DNA of 64,000 bases from Eledone cirrhosa (Eukaryota), in the NCBI GenBank assembly GCA_964016885.1, contig OZ024743.1:109926001-109990000 (forward strand). Direction: 5' to 3'. Made by a program: the position numbers and the translations under genes. The notes beneath the pieces were generated by a model, which made no database searches, had not been told where the DNA came from, and saw only the letters and a program-made list of their open reading frames with translations. Of the stretch, positions 12,501 through 27,396 are shown one piece after another; position 1 is the stretch's first letter; each line of letters starts with the position of its first letter.

Positions 12501-14784
12501 TTGATATACCATTATTTTAAGTATGATGTAATAATTTATAATTTAATTTAATTGATATATACGCAAGTTATATGTTGGGTGTGAGGAAAAATTCTATCTC
12601 ATGGTTTCTGCGATCTCCAGCAATAGCCTGTGCCAATCGTATGTGCATTCGATCTTTTATTTTGATAGGTTTTCTGCAATTCTCTAATTTACACCTCAAT
12701 GCAGTTTTTCCCTGCTGAAGACAATTCGGTATGCGTTATTTTTCAAGTGGAAACTTTTAATGTTGTTTTCGTTTATCTTATAGCTGTTCGAGTCCATGTA
12801 GGTAAGACTTAAGGATAAAGCATCTTATATGTTTTGTATACACTAATGTTGATCCTTTGTGTTGGGAAATTCATGGGCTAGTAATTACGATTAATTATAT
12901 GTCTATAATTTTGATATTACATTACACTTGCCGTTAGTCATATTACATATAGAATTGCTTCTACGTATTTATTTTGTATTTGTGTTAGCATTATTCTTTG
13001 CGTAAAAAGTTGTGTTGTATTTAATGATACTACTAAGAATGGAAGTTATGAATGTTGTAAAAATCTAAATGATTGACCTAGGGGTTATATATTTATTTAA
13101 GAGTGTGTGCATTCTTTGGGAGAAATCGAGCAACTAGTTTTGTTTTAATCTTCCATGTGTCTTGTCATGAGAAGACAGTAAATTATGGTGTGTAGAAAAT
13201 AGGAATAGCTATATATTTGATATAAATAATAACTTAATAGTTACTATTTTTCATGTGTTACATAGTTGATCAAGGTATTTCGTGATCGACCAGAATAATG
13301 ACAAAAAGTCAGTCAAGTGAATATCTAGTCTAGTCATATGAGCCACTTGGTTTAGATATACGCTATATACATCTGATTAATATGGAGCACATCACAACGT
13401 ACAAACGACAGGGCAGTTAATAAGATTCTTGTAGTCATTCTTTTGCAATTCGGTTATAAGCTACGGTTTAAATGCTGTTTTTATGTGTGGTGTTCGTGCA
13501 GTCTTATACCCAACGGCACTTAGGTGATGATCACATAGGTTTAATACTTTCAAGATATCATATATACACGTCTCCACTAGATGATATGTAATTCCACATT
13601 TTGAAGACTGTTTCTTTCACATGCGGAATTTGCATCAAATGATTATGATGCTCCACCATACTCCTAACTAGGTTGTTGTACATCTATAATGATATATCTA
13701 TGTTAATGACAACTGACACCGAGAAATATGAAAGGATGTATGTTGCGAGTAGGCAATAGTGATTTTATCAACAAGTAATTATATTGACCATAGCTTTAAT
13801 ATTATATCTCTATTTAATCACACAAATGTAAGGCATAGACATGATCTCCGAAATAAGTGTGTCTCAAGAGATATTTTACTCCAACTCATTGTGGAATTAA
13901 TTGGTAAACATAAAAAAGACAAATGTTTAAATTTTAAATTCGTATTATTTCGTGCATTAGGAGTGCCCTGAACTCCCATTCAAGATACCAAATCTAGAAT
14001 CGGATTATATGCGTTATGGTTCAATGATTAAATATTTTAACGCAAGCTACCAGATAAAAGGTAATTTTCGTTGTTTAATCTGAATTTTTTGGTGAACATA
14101 TATTTACACGGGATTGATATTAGAATAAGCATTAAACCTGTATCAGTGATATATAATTTACATTACATGTGCAATGTGCTTGTTTATTTAACTATACCTG
14201 TTTACGTTTTAAACCGTGATTATATGCAATAAAGCACTTATGTGATGAGTTATGAAACGGAACATATTCTTAGAAAAAATATAAAAGTATCAGGAAACCT
14301 TGGATTGAGAACGAATATGATATCAAAGGCAGTCAAAGATACTTTAAATGTTCTTTGTTTTATTAATATATGTTACACACCCTGATCTCTTCTGTAATAG
14401 CTTATAATACCTTACATATATTTTAAGATTGGAAATGACTATAAGCAAAACGGATTACAAGCTGTCACTCTAACGGCATTAGCCTTTCAGTTTTCCTGCG
14501 GATGTTCGCATTAGAATGCATTTTATAAATATAGTGGTTAAGTGGTTAATCTGGTGAAAACACGAAAAAGGACTAACGTGAATGAGAGTAAAACTGAAAT
14601 ATGTGGCAAAATATACATAGAGATACATCTACCAACATCCATAAAGAAATACACACACATTTATAAACACGCACATATATACACACACATACACATAATA
14701 CACACACATATATATATATATAGTTGTGTGTGTAGTTGTGTGCATGTATATATTAACATTAAATCAATATCGTAAATATTATAA

Positions 14785-14832
<48 letters not shown>

Positions 14833-14930
14833 TTATAATATTTACGATATTGATTTAATTTTAATATCATCATTGTTCACTCACGGATACATTTAGGTAT
14901 CCACCATGTTAAGAGCAAAAACAAATTTTG

Positions 14931-15008
<78 letters not shown>

Positions 15009-15009
<1 letters not shown>

Positions 15010-15780
15010 CTGTATATATATAAAATTAAGTATGTGTGTGTGTCTATGTGTCTATGTCTTACCTATAGGGGCCTACATTTTACGACCAATTTTCATGAAA
15101 CTTTACAGGATCATAGATTAGTATCGTTTTTTTATTCCGGGGTCATTCTGCAGATAAAAATCGATAGGTGGGTCACCCTTTTTTATGTATTGAAAAATAG
15201 GAGTTTTGGCTCTAGCCCCCACATTTTGCCACCGATTTCATTCAAATTTTAAGGTAAAATAGAATTTATCATTGCACATATTGCAATGGCTTTATATTTT
15301 GCATTTCTTGTTCAGGGACGGCGTGGCAGCCGCTTAAACATTCAAAACTACCACTTTTAGACTCAAATCTTCACTTTTGGGGCTCTAGCTCCCACAATAA
15401 TCAACCTACTTTGTTCAAATTTTACACTACGCTAGATCTTATTATCTCACCTCTTCAGGTGACTTTACATTTTGGATAATTTTGTTTAGGAACGGCGTGG
15501 CAGCCGCTTAAATATCCGAAAATACCACATTTTCGCTCAAATTTCCGCCTTTTCGGCTCTAGCTCCCACATTTTTCAACCGATTTTGAAACTCTCTACCC
15601 CACCATGCTCCTTGGTCAGGCACCGGCGTTTCTCAGTGATAGAGGTCATCACCACCCTCTCTCGCATGGCCTGTGTGTGGCCAAAGATGAGTCATCGAGA
15701 AGCAGTCGCTAAGATCAACACCTTTTCATCAAAGCAGATATTATTTTGCCTACCCAGGCAACGCTGTGTACTGCTGCTAG
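15009..15780 (+). mobile_element. Non-autonomous Helitron
   Basis: 5' TCTGTATATATATAAAA; 3' TACCCAGGCAACGCTGTGTA hairpin plus CTAG|T; internal direct repeats (GGCTCTAGCTCCCACA). Confidence 0.75.
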
Positions 15781-18069
15781 TATATATATATATATATATA
15801 TATATATGTCTAATGGTAGCTAAGATATTCCATTGGCTGTATGGTGGTTGAGGACTCTGATATATATAGGGTGATATATATGTATCTATGAATGTATGAT
15901 TGTAGGTACGTGTACGTGTGTGTATCTGTGTGCTTGTGTGTGTAAATACGCATGAATTTACACACACACATAGGCAATCGGGTTTTTGCCTTGTGTGCGT
16001 GCGATTGTGTCTGGAGAATGGATTATGATAGATCACCCTCTGTGATTCGTTTATTGAATTCTATTATTAAAGGGAAGCTTTAGTCGCATAACCAGAAGGG
16101 CTTCGTTAATTCGCAAAGTGTGTTACATATCCACGATGGTGGTAGTTACCTTCGTATATTTGTTCATGCATTTGTGGATATGTTTGTCGACTAGAGGCCA
16201 TTTGGTCATCCTGCTTTAGACAATTTTAAACGCTGAATAATTCTGGAAGTATGCAACAAATAAATGACCCAGATCTCATCCATTTTGTCATGAAACAATT
16301 TGATTATTCTACAAACGTGTTCCAGACAACCTAATGTGACAAGAATCCAGCAAAATGCAGCTATATTCAACGTGCCAAATAATATTTGTTTATTTCACAT
16401 AACCTGATATTGTTTTGATAGTTGTCAATAAACCTGTTGTTGGATTTGATGTGTTCTAAATATATTTATAGTGAATAATGGGGCAAATGTCCCATTGTTG
16501 TTCTGGTAAGATCAAATTATATCCATTATTATTTAATGTGGATATCATGAGTGTTTAAAAATGTTATATTCTATTTCATTATAATTTCCACATTCTTCCC
16601 ATAGACATTTGGTCTCATATATAGAAATCATTATTGCATTTTTCCAGTACTTCAATCACTCGCCATATTTCTATAATCAATTCTTACATGATATTTGCTA
16701 CTTATTCACCAATAAAACTGATAATCTCTTCAAATAATCCACCCGTTCGTTTAGCTTAATCTAAATTTAATTTCCTGATACCAGTATTATTTTTTAAGAT
16801 TATGAGGTTAATTAAGAGTGTGGATCCTATTATAATTTCATTATACCAGTAAAAGTTTTTCAAGAATATCAGTTTAATTAAGAGTGTTGGTCCCATTTGT
16901 ATAGTGTATAACATTCTGAATGTCATTGGAATCCCTTTTCCATAAATCATTGAAATGTTCATTTCCATCTTCATGTATGTTAGACGAGTTGGGCGATCCA
17001 TGGATCCAGTTTATTATATTTGTGTGTCTCAGACTAACGAATTTATTTATATAATTATAGAGTCCTGTTGATTTTTTCGAGTCAGCAGCTGTCTGCCTAT
17101 TATATGTAAATTCTCACCACCATTATACTGCATGTAAAGCAATTTACGCAATTAATGACTTAGCCTTTTACAATGTGTCTTCTTGATGACGTCTCCTTTT
17201 TCTTCATAAGCTTTTTTACAACATCTGCATCCTGGGAGCATTCATCCTCAAACCTTATCTCCTGACCATTCTCATCAAACCAATCCCTATCTATTGTTAT
17301 ACTAGATTCAGGTATTTCCTGCACTGCCTTCTAAATCCAACCCTGAAACATTGCCAAAACGATGTGTCGTTGATGGTAGGAGAACGTTCTTGCTAAGCGA
17401 CTTGAATATCTGAAAATCTTAGCTCACAACCATCAAGGCGATTTGAAACCTTAATCGAGTTATGATTTCTAGGTGCCGGTTTTATTATTTAATAATGTTT
17501 TGATCTTACTAAACTCTGTTCATTTCTGCAGACAGATGAGAACAGATATAACATACCCCATGCATGTCACCTTTGTCAACGATTATATCATTTCCTCTGT
17601 TAATGCAAGATATGATAAAAAAAAACGATCCCAGAATGAAATCATTTGGCAAAGTAATGAAAAGATAAATAGTTAATACTTATAGAAATAAAGAAGTTCA
17701 CATTCGACATTAGACATTACATCAGAGTCGACTATTTGAGAACGAACGCTAGAACAAATAACATAAAAGCAGGAAGCACTTTAACAAAACAATGTTACGC
17801 TTGTAAATTTTAGCAAATATTCCATACATTGAATGTAATCTATCACGGGAATGAAATAAGGTGACCTGTTTATATATTTCTATAATCGATTGCGGCGATT
17901 TTAGTACATTAAGATATTAAGAAATCATGAATTCCCAGAAGCTATCTGCCATATATATTTGAAATGTTATACACCTTAATACCATCAAGTCTAACTGTCT
18001 CGTCCCCTATCTGAACGAATATATATATGTATATATATATATATAAGCATATATATATAGATATATGCA

Positions 18070-18211
<142 letters not shown>

Positions 18212-18277
18212 GCTTAGAGTTTAGACTCAAAGAGGTCATTTACAATCATTTCAGCTCTAGGAATCGCTTCTGAGCAG

Positions 18278-18570
18278 TATAAATTAATATTTGATGAACA
18301 TTTACATGTTATAGTTGCAATTGACTAATAAGATCGCTAGAGTGAAAAATCTTAATTCAACAACATAAGGTCTACCTGTACGATCTAGAAAATAATAAAT
18401 CAATACTCACAGACTCATATGGGCAAAAAGCCTTTTGCCCATATGAGTCTGTGAGTATTGATTTATTATTTTCTAGATCGTACAGGCAGACCTTATGTTG
18501 TTGAATTAAGATTTTTCACTCTAGCGATCTTATTAGTCAATTGCAACTATAACATGTAAATGTTCATCAA

Positions 18571-18584
<14 letters not shown>
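18278..18584. repeat. Near-perfect ~300 bp palindrome
   Basis: The arms mirror around GGGCAAAA-AGCC-TTTTGCCC (18421-18440). Confidence 0.95.
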
Positions 18585-18660
<76 letters not shown>

Positions 18661-18665
<5 letters not shown>

Positions 18666-19172
18666 GTAAATAAGTATACGTACATACATATATTTATACA
18701 GACGTACAGTAGTATGTATATTCATACATACACACATGTATATATATATATATATATATGTACGTATGGGTTTACCTAACATTTATTAACATGCTCGGTT
18801 TGTTTGTAAACAAACAGCCCAAATTATTAGCCGTACAGTGTTCGGCAACCATCGTTGCCCTATTTGTTCAACACTGACAAAGGAACGATGAACTAGTTTC
18901 TAGCTTATTAGCCATCATCAGCACCGTATACCTTCCTGTCAGTTGATTGAACGTTTGAAAGTATATACTTTCCTTGTGCATATTAACTGTTGAGCAGCCT
19001 AATTTGCATATCGAGTGACTTAGTCGGCCGGTCGTACGGAACACGATAAATGGAAAAAATGAAATTTCATTTCTCACTCTTAGTTCGGCTAATGCATAAA
19101 TGTAAGTATATATACGTACATACATATATGTATACAGACATACAGTAGTATGTATATACATACATACATGCG

Positions 19173-19249
<77 letters not shown>

Positions 19250-19336
19250 TTATGGGTTTACCGAACATTTATTATAATGCTCTGTACTAAGAGTGAGAAA
19301 TGAAATTTCATTTTTCCATTTATCGTTTTCGGTACA

Positions 19337-19340
<4 letters not shown>
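18661..19340 (-). mobile_element. HHR repeat family F, diverged copy (more than one unit plus an inverted fragment)
   Basis: Homologous to 41975-43178. HHR at 18886-18926 (CGGTG-CTGATGA-TGGCT AATA AGCTA-GAAA-CTAG-TT-CATCG). Octamer at 19002-19009. Confidence 0.8.
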
Positions 19341-19405
<65 letters not shown>

Positions 19406-19532
19406 ATATGTATACATATATATATAGTAACAATAATACATTTGAAGACTAAAATCCAAAGAGGGCTCGATAAGGATAAATATATATGAAATATATAAGA
19501 ACCGTAGAGCAAATATTTATTAAAATAAATAA

Positions 19533-19567
<35 letters not shown>

Positions 19568-20121
19568 CGTGTGTGTGTGTGTGTGTTTGTGTGTATGTGT
19601 GTGTGTGTATATAAATATATCTATATATAGTAGTTGATTGTGTGAAAAATGAAATGAATTTCAAGTATGCCATTTTGAATTATTAATGATACCTAAATTC
19701 ACTGAGTAAAATTGAAGCGAAGTCAATATAGCTTGTTACAGAAAATTGCTTGGAAATGAAACAGGAGATCGCCTTTTGCTTAATTCTAATTAACCATAAT
19801 GATAATCCACTATACTAATAGCTGGTGCACGATGTTGGAAGGTAAGAGTGCTCTTCGAGGGGGATGCAGACCTGAAACATATAGTTGTCATGGCAATTCG
19901 TTATAACGAATCGAATTACTGTGAATTTAATAGATACATGTGAAGGAGAAAATTATAATTGGTAATTTATATATGCTAGGTTGTGCTAGGGAGTGTATCA
20001 ATACGATGTTATCATTGGTTCATATTAGAAATAACGTCTCTTTAAACTTCGATTCCAGGCAATGACCACTCACTCACAGCCATATATTTCTCTGATACAC
20101 ACACACACATATATAGATGTA

Positions 20122-20162
<41 letters not shown>

Positions 20163-20163
20163 C

Positions 20164-20230
<67 letters not shown>

Positions 20231-20477
20231 TATATGTATATGTATATCTGTATATATATATATGCTTTTTTTATGCATGCATTGTGTGCCACTGACTCTT
20301 AATATGTCTCTATATAATATACGCAATGGTGGTAATCAGTGGAACGATTTGACGATCGTGTACTAACATGAGTTCTGCTGCTAATGGTGTAATTACAGTA
20401 TAGGCAACCTATTTGCCAGACATAGATAAATAGAGAAAAGTCAGAGATTATGGAGTGAAAGAGGTATGATGGGGAGA

Positions 20478-20573
<96 letters not shown>

Positions 20574-20968
20574 TGTAGAGAGAAAGAAGAATGTAAGTTA
20601 GATGTAGGGAGGATCGACATCTGCATTAGATTTTCGAAATGATCAAGTAATTGATTGTAAGAATGCGCTCAGAAAGAAAATCACGAAATATCCACGAACC
20701 TGGGTTCAAATAATTTTTCATTGGATCTCGATCTTATTCTAAGTGACGATCTAGATTTACCTTCAGGTAATATATCTGACATTTAGAGAAAATGTACGAT
20801 GCATATATGTGCTGATATAACATAAAAAAAAGAACGAAAATATATAGACAAATAGAAAAAAAGAACATGAAAACTATATAATATAAAAGAAACAAACGAA
20901 CAAATACATAGTCATTATATAACGGAACGAATTTTGTAGGTGAATGCATATGATTGCTCGTGTGCGCG

Positions 20969-21013
<45 letters not shown>

Positions 21014-21030
21014 TTCGTTTCTGAAAGTAT

Positions 21031-21099
<69 letters not shown>

Positions 21100-21298
21100 T
21101 TTGTGTACGTGTGTGTATATCTATGTGTATTCTGGAAAATGCATTTACTTGTCCAATTTAAGTGAGGTGAGGATAGAATGAAAGATCTGCAAGACACGAG
21201 GGAAGACAACATGGAATTCCAATCAATGTTATCGGCTTGAAAACCCAGCCTAACGATAAACCCGTTAAGATGAATCAACAACGAACGTAAAGAAATAT

Positions 21299-21367
21299 CT
21301 TCTTCTTCTTCTTTTTCTTCTTCTTCTTCTTCTTCTTCTTCTTCTTCTTCTTCTTCTTCTTCTTCTT

Positions 21368-21398
<31 letters not shown>

Positions 21399-21546
21399 TT
21401 CTCCTCCTCCTCCTCCTCCTCATCTTCCTCCTCCTCCTCCTCCTCCTCCTCATTCTTCTTCTTCTTCTTCTTCTTCTTCTTCTTCTTCTTCTTCTTCGTC
21501 TTCTTCTTCTTCTTCTTCTTCTTCTTCTTCTTCTTCTTCTTCTTCT
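21299..21546. repeat. (TTC)n/(TCC)n microsatellite
   Basis: Read directly; a second (TTC)n lies at 30153-30237. Confidence 0.95.
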
Positions 21547-22249
21547 CTTTCTTCGTATATCGAAACCTTTTACAGCTCTCTCTCTCTCTCTCCTAAGTCT
21601 CTTCTTATACCGATTGTTATAGAATGTTTTTTATTTGTTACTGCTTCATAGAATGTTTGTGACCAGGTTGTTTCTTTTTCTCTCTGATGTAACTTTAAAA
21701 CATATACCCCTATTTATTTTAGAACCGTTTTAGATTGCCCCCCAATCTTTTAAGAAATATCCATGGGGAAACGAATTTTTTTGTTTGGCCATCCACAGAT
21801 TGGAAGAACTGAAATTTAGTTAGTTCAGAAAGCAACGACAGCAGCAGCAGCAGCAACAGCATCAGTAACCACAACATAACATAGAAAATGAATTCCCGAA
21901 ATTGAAAAGTTTGACACTGGGCCTCATCATCTAGAAGTAAAGATGTGGTAGAACCTCCAAAACCGAATAAAGGAAAACCAAAACACAATAGAAACACATC
22001 CGATATCATACACACGCACATATCCCCACCCCCAACAGACACACACCCACATAACAAAACACAGACAACATACGCCACAATTACAGGAACATTCACAAAA
22101 AAACTCAAACAAAAGCAACACTGCAACCACCACCAGCTATAAAAACAACGAAACACATAGATACCAAGCTTCGTTCTACTAAGAAGGGCCAACCAAGAAT
22201 TGAGAGGCATCATAGTACGAAGCAAAAGGTTGTAGAGACAGGCAATTGG

Positions 22250-24860
22250 TTTTGATAAAAGCAGCTTCAAAGTGACACATACACTAATGTGATTGGACTT
22301 TGAAACTTGGGAAATAAATAGAGCCACACGCATGGAGATTGACAGTAGAAGAAACATTTTTTAGTAAAGATCTAGCGATAGAAAAAACAGGGAAGATTAG
22401 TAGTTAGTAGCTAAATTAGAAGAGGCGATTAAAATGGGTATTGTTCTAGAGGCGAGAATGACATTAGACCATTACTCCAATGCAAACCGGAACAGAAAGT
22501 TACACCGCCAGATATAACGTGCGGGCTCTAAGAAACGAGAGAACGAACGATAGTCGATGGGTCCGTGTGACAGAGGCGCAACGTGGAAACAAAACCAGAA
22601 TTCGATCATTAACGGACTGATTCACAGGTATGCTATTCATATCCAATGCAGATGTGTGGCGCTTTTTGTCAGCACCTTGCATGACTGATCTTGGAGAACG
22701 GGTGCTCCAAAATTGTGGCAGACATCAATTCCTAACTTGAAGGCCTGCTATAATTATGGGCGACTGATACGGAGTAATGAGAAAATCTGATAACAACAGC
22801 TGAGATTCGGGGAGGAGATAGCCGACTGTACGAGGCGTAAATTGCTCGCTTTAGATGCTATGCCTCATGCCTTTGACGTAGATATGCCAGACTTATTGTA
22901 CGATCTTCTCAGTTCTGTAATTTGAGGTGTAGTAACGAAGATGAGAAACAACAAGAACAAGAAGTACGTTTTAGGTATTGCCAGGCCCATAACTCTGCAA
23001 AAGAGAGATAAAGATTTTGCACAAGGTGCTTCCAATGAATTTGGCACTGGTCATCGTGGGCCCTACTTTGACAATTTCCACCTCATTCGATATATCATGA
23101 AGAGAGTGGGGAATAAAACTAGCTTCGTTGGGATTCTCTTAAATTTGAATCAATCTAAATATTTCGATAGCGTAGGTTTGTGTTATATGGACATTGTTCA
23201 TAAGGCAGCCAACTTAAGTCGCATCTTCAGACGTAGGAGCAATGCAATGTACAACGGCATCTACCCGGTGGTGAAAGTCAACGCCCACGTATCGAAATCG
23301 TTCCAGTTCACGCACTTGTTCTATCAAGGATGAACTCTCTTCTCCTTTCTGTCTGCACTGACTCTGGATGTAATACTGCGAAATATGGAGCATTTGCAGG
23401 CCATCATGCTCAAACGGGAACGAAGCAGGATAAACGTGGACTGCTCACCGTGATGGTGTCGAACACCTTGGAAATCGAGGTGATTAGCAACTTCTTAGAC
23501 GCTAAAAAAATGTGAAGTCTTCAAAGATCAAGCCGTAAAAATCGATATGTTTGCAGCTAGGCAAATACAGAGGCATATCCGTGTCATTCAATAGCCTCAT
23601 AAGGTGGATAAGAACAAGAACGTGATGAAAGACAGGTTCCCCACTGTCACCCAGAAATTGGCTGTGAGGAAGCTATCCGAGAAACGTCAGGTATAGGTGA
23701 AGAAAGCGTGCATTGCGTTTGTCATCTATTACCGCCTGACTGTGGTGCCTTGCCCCTGTTCACGCCTCACCAGATTGGAACACGTTCTCTTCTACTTAGT
23801 GTGGAATGAATAAGTTGCATTGATCAGGCATTACATCTCCAGCCAGCAATATTTACACGGAGAGCTGGGTGTACCATAGCTGATGATGCGCAATCATGAG
23901 TTGAACCCACAGCATATCCAGGCATTCGTGAGCGGTGAACAGGTGTAGTAGCCGTTTGTGAGACATGTCTTTCTTCAGCTCATCACTCATTATGTGCTTT
24001 TGGAGAGTAGCGTGGTTTAGGATTAGTTGGATCCGTGAGTTAACCCTGCGTTATTGATATCAATGTATTGGTTATTGTTATTTGATTTATCTATTTTACT
24101 CAATTTCATCTAAACCTACCGTGCTTTGCTTGTGTATTGATTTCGTAGGCAGAGAGGGGCACCATCATACGGTGCTCCTGGAGAGTATAGTGATTTTGTA
24201 TGGCCCAGCATGTTTCGTCAGTTGCGACCAATAAATAATCTCTTATTATTATTTTTGTCTTATTATTATTATAATTGGCAGTATCGGTTGAGGGTCAGAC
24301 GCCATGCTCTGCCGCATAGAGTTACGGCCCTTTATGATCTGAGTTCAATTCCCGCCGTGGTTAGCTTTGCCGTTCATCCTTACGGGGTCGATACAATAAA
24401 CGCACTATGGTCGATTTAATCGAATCTCCCCTCGCCCCAAATTACTGGCCTTGTGCTTATACTAGAAATCATTATTATTATAATTAGCCTTTTCAAATCT
24501 CACATTGAAAGGAAGTTTAGGCTGGAGAGAGAAGTGTTGCCCGAATAGTGCGTGAATGTCACGAGAATGGCGCGTTTGAGTGGTCCTACTCTGATCATGC
24601 GCCTGTAGGCTGGTGAATTTGAGGAAGTGAGGGGTGCTCTTCCCGGGTGCCCTCGAAGCGTCGGGTAGTTCAGGATTGGTGGGGTACCTGTGTCTGCCTT
24701 GCGTGGCTTTCCTACCTATTGGGGAATTTTTCTTGTATTTTTCTTGTTTATTGTTATTGTTTTCCTATTTTTACTCGAAATGTGTCAAAGCCCAAACGTC
24801 CCGGTCTATTGTATAATCCCTAAAACGTCGTCCTTTTTGTCCAATAAAGGAAGCCTTATT
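22250..24860 (+). mobile_element. Degraded Tx1/L1-like LINE with a nested SINE
   Basis: RT remnants (HLIRYI, LNLNQSKYFDSV, MYNG..VKVN, ..QG). 3' UTR ends near AATAAA at 24843. Confidence 0.65.
24278..24470 (+). mobile_element. tRNA-derived SINE
   Basis: B box GAGTTCAATTCC; body is the reverse complement of the 3541 family; (TTA)n tail. Confidence 0.8.
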
Positions 24861-25399
24861 ATTATTATCATCATTATTATTATTATTTTATTATTATTAT
24901 AATATAGGCTGATACACCATTACAATTAACTTACACGAGTTGGTCGTAACCCATGTCCATGGATCCTGCAATTCCTCATTAATCACTACAATTTAAGTAC
25001 TCTTCTCAAAATTATAGCTGTTTCCAGGAATACACATTTTGCAGCAGCTGAGTACACATTGCATCACCAATCTTTGAGATCCAAATCTGCGCCCTCTTTA
25101 TTCTGATGTGAAGTGCTCTAACAACTACCGCAGTGGCCTCCAACCTATTCAATATCATATTTTAAAGATTGATACTTTTCATCGTTTTCTTCTTTTTCTA
25201 CCATTATATCATCTCCACCCACTGCTATGTCAATGAAAAGACAATTTTCTCCTTTTTCCATCAATATAGAGATCATACCTCCTTCTTGCGATATTATCAT
25301 CACATTGTATGCTAATTTTCAATAAAAGATTTACACTTTAATTTTCAAACGAGGCCATAGCATAGTGCACATGCCATTTTGTTCTTATTTTATATCACA

Positions 25400-26378
25400 C
25401 TAGCAGTAAAGCCCGGCGTTGCTCGGGGTCGCTCAGTAGCTGTGTTAAAGTTACAATGTTAAGTTTCTTTCTTGGCTTAAAAACTGTAGTGTCTACTGTG
25501 CAGACTTGCATGTGGTGTTTTTGATTAATATTCCCTCAACCAACAATATGCCTTATGAAGTTAAGAAAACATAACGATAACCCGAATGTTATAACAAAAG
25601 AGGATGCTGGGGATAGAAACTGCACTGGTTATTTATTAACAAAGAACGAAAATGTAAACACTGCAACGCAGAGAAAAACATTAGCGTAACCAAATTATCA
25701 GTTATGTCTGTCTGCACGCCTATATCACCTCTCTGCACGATTATCTGTCTGCGCGCCTATATCACCTCTCTGCACGACTGTCTGTCTGCACGCCTATATC
25801 ACCTCTCTGCACGACTGTCTGTCTGCACGCGTATATCACCTCTCTGCACGACTGTCTGTCTGCACGCGTATATCACCTCTCTGCACGACTGTCTGTCTGC
25901 ACGCGTATATCACCTCTCTGCACGACTGTCTGTCTGCACGACCGTCTGTCTGCACGCCTAACGACGAAATATTTGCTTGTTTTACGTAGTCTTTAAATAG
26001 ACTTGTTTTCAAGTAAAAATATTGTTTTAAAATGCTTTTAAATGGAAATGAAGCAAAACGGAAGCTTAGTGTTCGAACTGATGAATTTTGCAGGTCAATA
26101 TTTTAAACGCTGAGAAAGCCAGCGTAATTTTTTACGTAAGACGCTCAATGTAAACAGAACAAAGGGAAATAACTGATAACTTACGCTCAAAAATCGATAC
26201 ATTATATTCGATTTCGTCACATAGGGTGGGTCAATTTGAATTGTTTTTTTCCGATGTCTTCGCTAGGGCTCAATGTACAAGTATAGCAATTTCGGTGCAA
26301 TTCCGTGAGAGATTCTAAGAGGAGATGTGTGCCAAAAATCGATAGACAGACAGACAACCACAGTTTTATATATATAGA
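25400..26378 (-). mobile_element. Non-autonomous Helitron
   Basis: Minus-strand 5' TCTATATATATAAAA at 26378; 3' hairpin CCGAGCAACGCCGGG plus CTAG at 25400-25403; A|T site. Confidence 0.8.
25706..25959. repeat. 37 bp minisatellite inside the Helitron
   Basis: About 6.5 copies of GTCTGTCTGCACGC(C/G)TATATCACCTCTCTGCACGACT. Confidence 0.95.
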
Positions 26379-26763
26379 TTGGCAATAATGTTGATTTGAA
26401 TCTGGAGCATTCTAAACTGACTGAATATGATGCAAAATCAGCAATTTCGGGAGGTGTAGTACATAATTAGGTAGTAGTGAACTCTTTTGATGGGTATACA
26501 CTTGATTTTTGATGTCTCTACAAGAGAAAGTATCTGCGACTACCAAATGAGTCCTGGCCAATAAGTATCGGCCACATTCACAAAACGTAAAAAAGACCAG
26601 AATCATGAGCTGCATATGGTTAGATCAGCATTCGGCATTGACTCCTAAGTGTAAGTAACACATTATTGAACAAATATCTTACCTACATATATAACACAAG
26701 ATAATAGATACACTTGTTCATGTCCATGCATAATAATATATATACATATACATACATACACAC

Positions 26764-26810
<47 letters not shown>

Positions 26811-27085
26811 AGCGAGAGAGATGGTCTCATAAGATATCCATAACTTATACAATTACGTTCTATATAAATTTATATATAATGAGATGCATTCATACACAAA
26901 CGCTACAATTACAAGTTTAGAAGAAAAAAGAAATAATTCATGAAAGTGTGTAATAAATGGTATTGAATAGAATACTTTATTTTCGAAACTAGCGCAATAA
27001 TATAGACTTATGTCTATTTAGAACGCCAATCAGGTGCAGAGACGACATCATATGTAACATATAGACACACAGAGACACATACACA

Positions 27086-27195
<110 letters not shown>

Positions 27196-27218
27196 GTGTG
27201 TGTGTGTGTGTGTATATG

Positions 27219-27271
<53 letters not shown>

Positions 27272-27396
27272 TAAATCTAACAAAATATACGGTAGTGTCC
27301 AATCCGTATGAAGAACTCAATGTAATCCAAATATCATGAAAAGAGAAGATTTATTCAACATTTTTCGATGAAAAACACAGGAAATCAGAGTCAAGA

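Larger units (their letters stand above)
24940..26440 (-). mobile_element. R4/Dong-like RLE LINE fragment interrupted by a Helitron
   Basis: Minus-strand LIDIAV..D...EKE..EKYQ.L and LETAIILRRVL* resemble an RLE C-terminus. Confidence 0.6.

Noticed and set aside
21719-22357. 212 aa hydrophobic ORF
   Set aside because: It is the antisense reading of CA-rich, LINE-adjacent sequence and has no domain signature.
25706-25959. 37 bp repeats resembling a CRISPR array
   Set aside because: Head-to-tail units with no unique spacers, inside a eukaryotic Helitron, and no cas genes.
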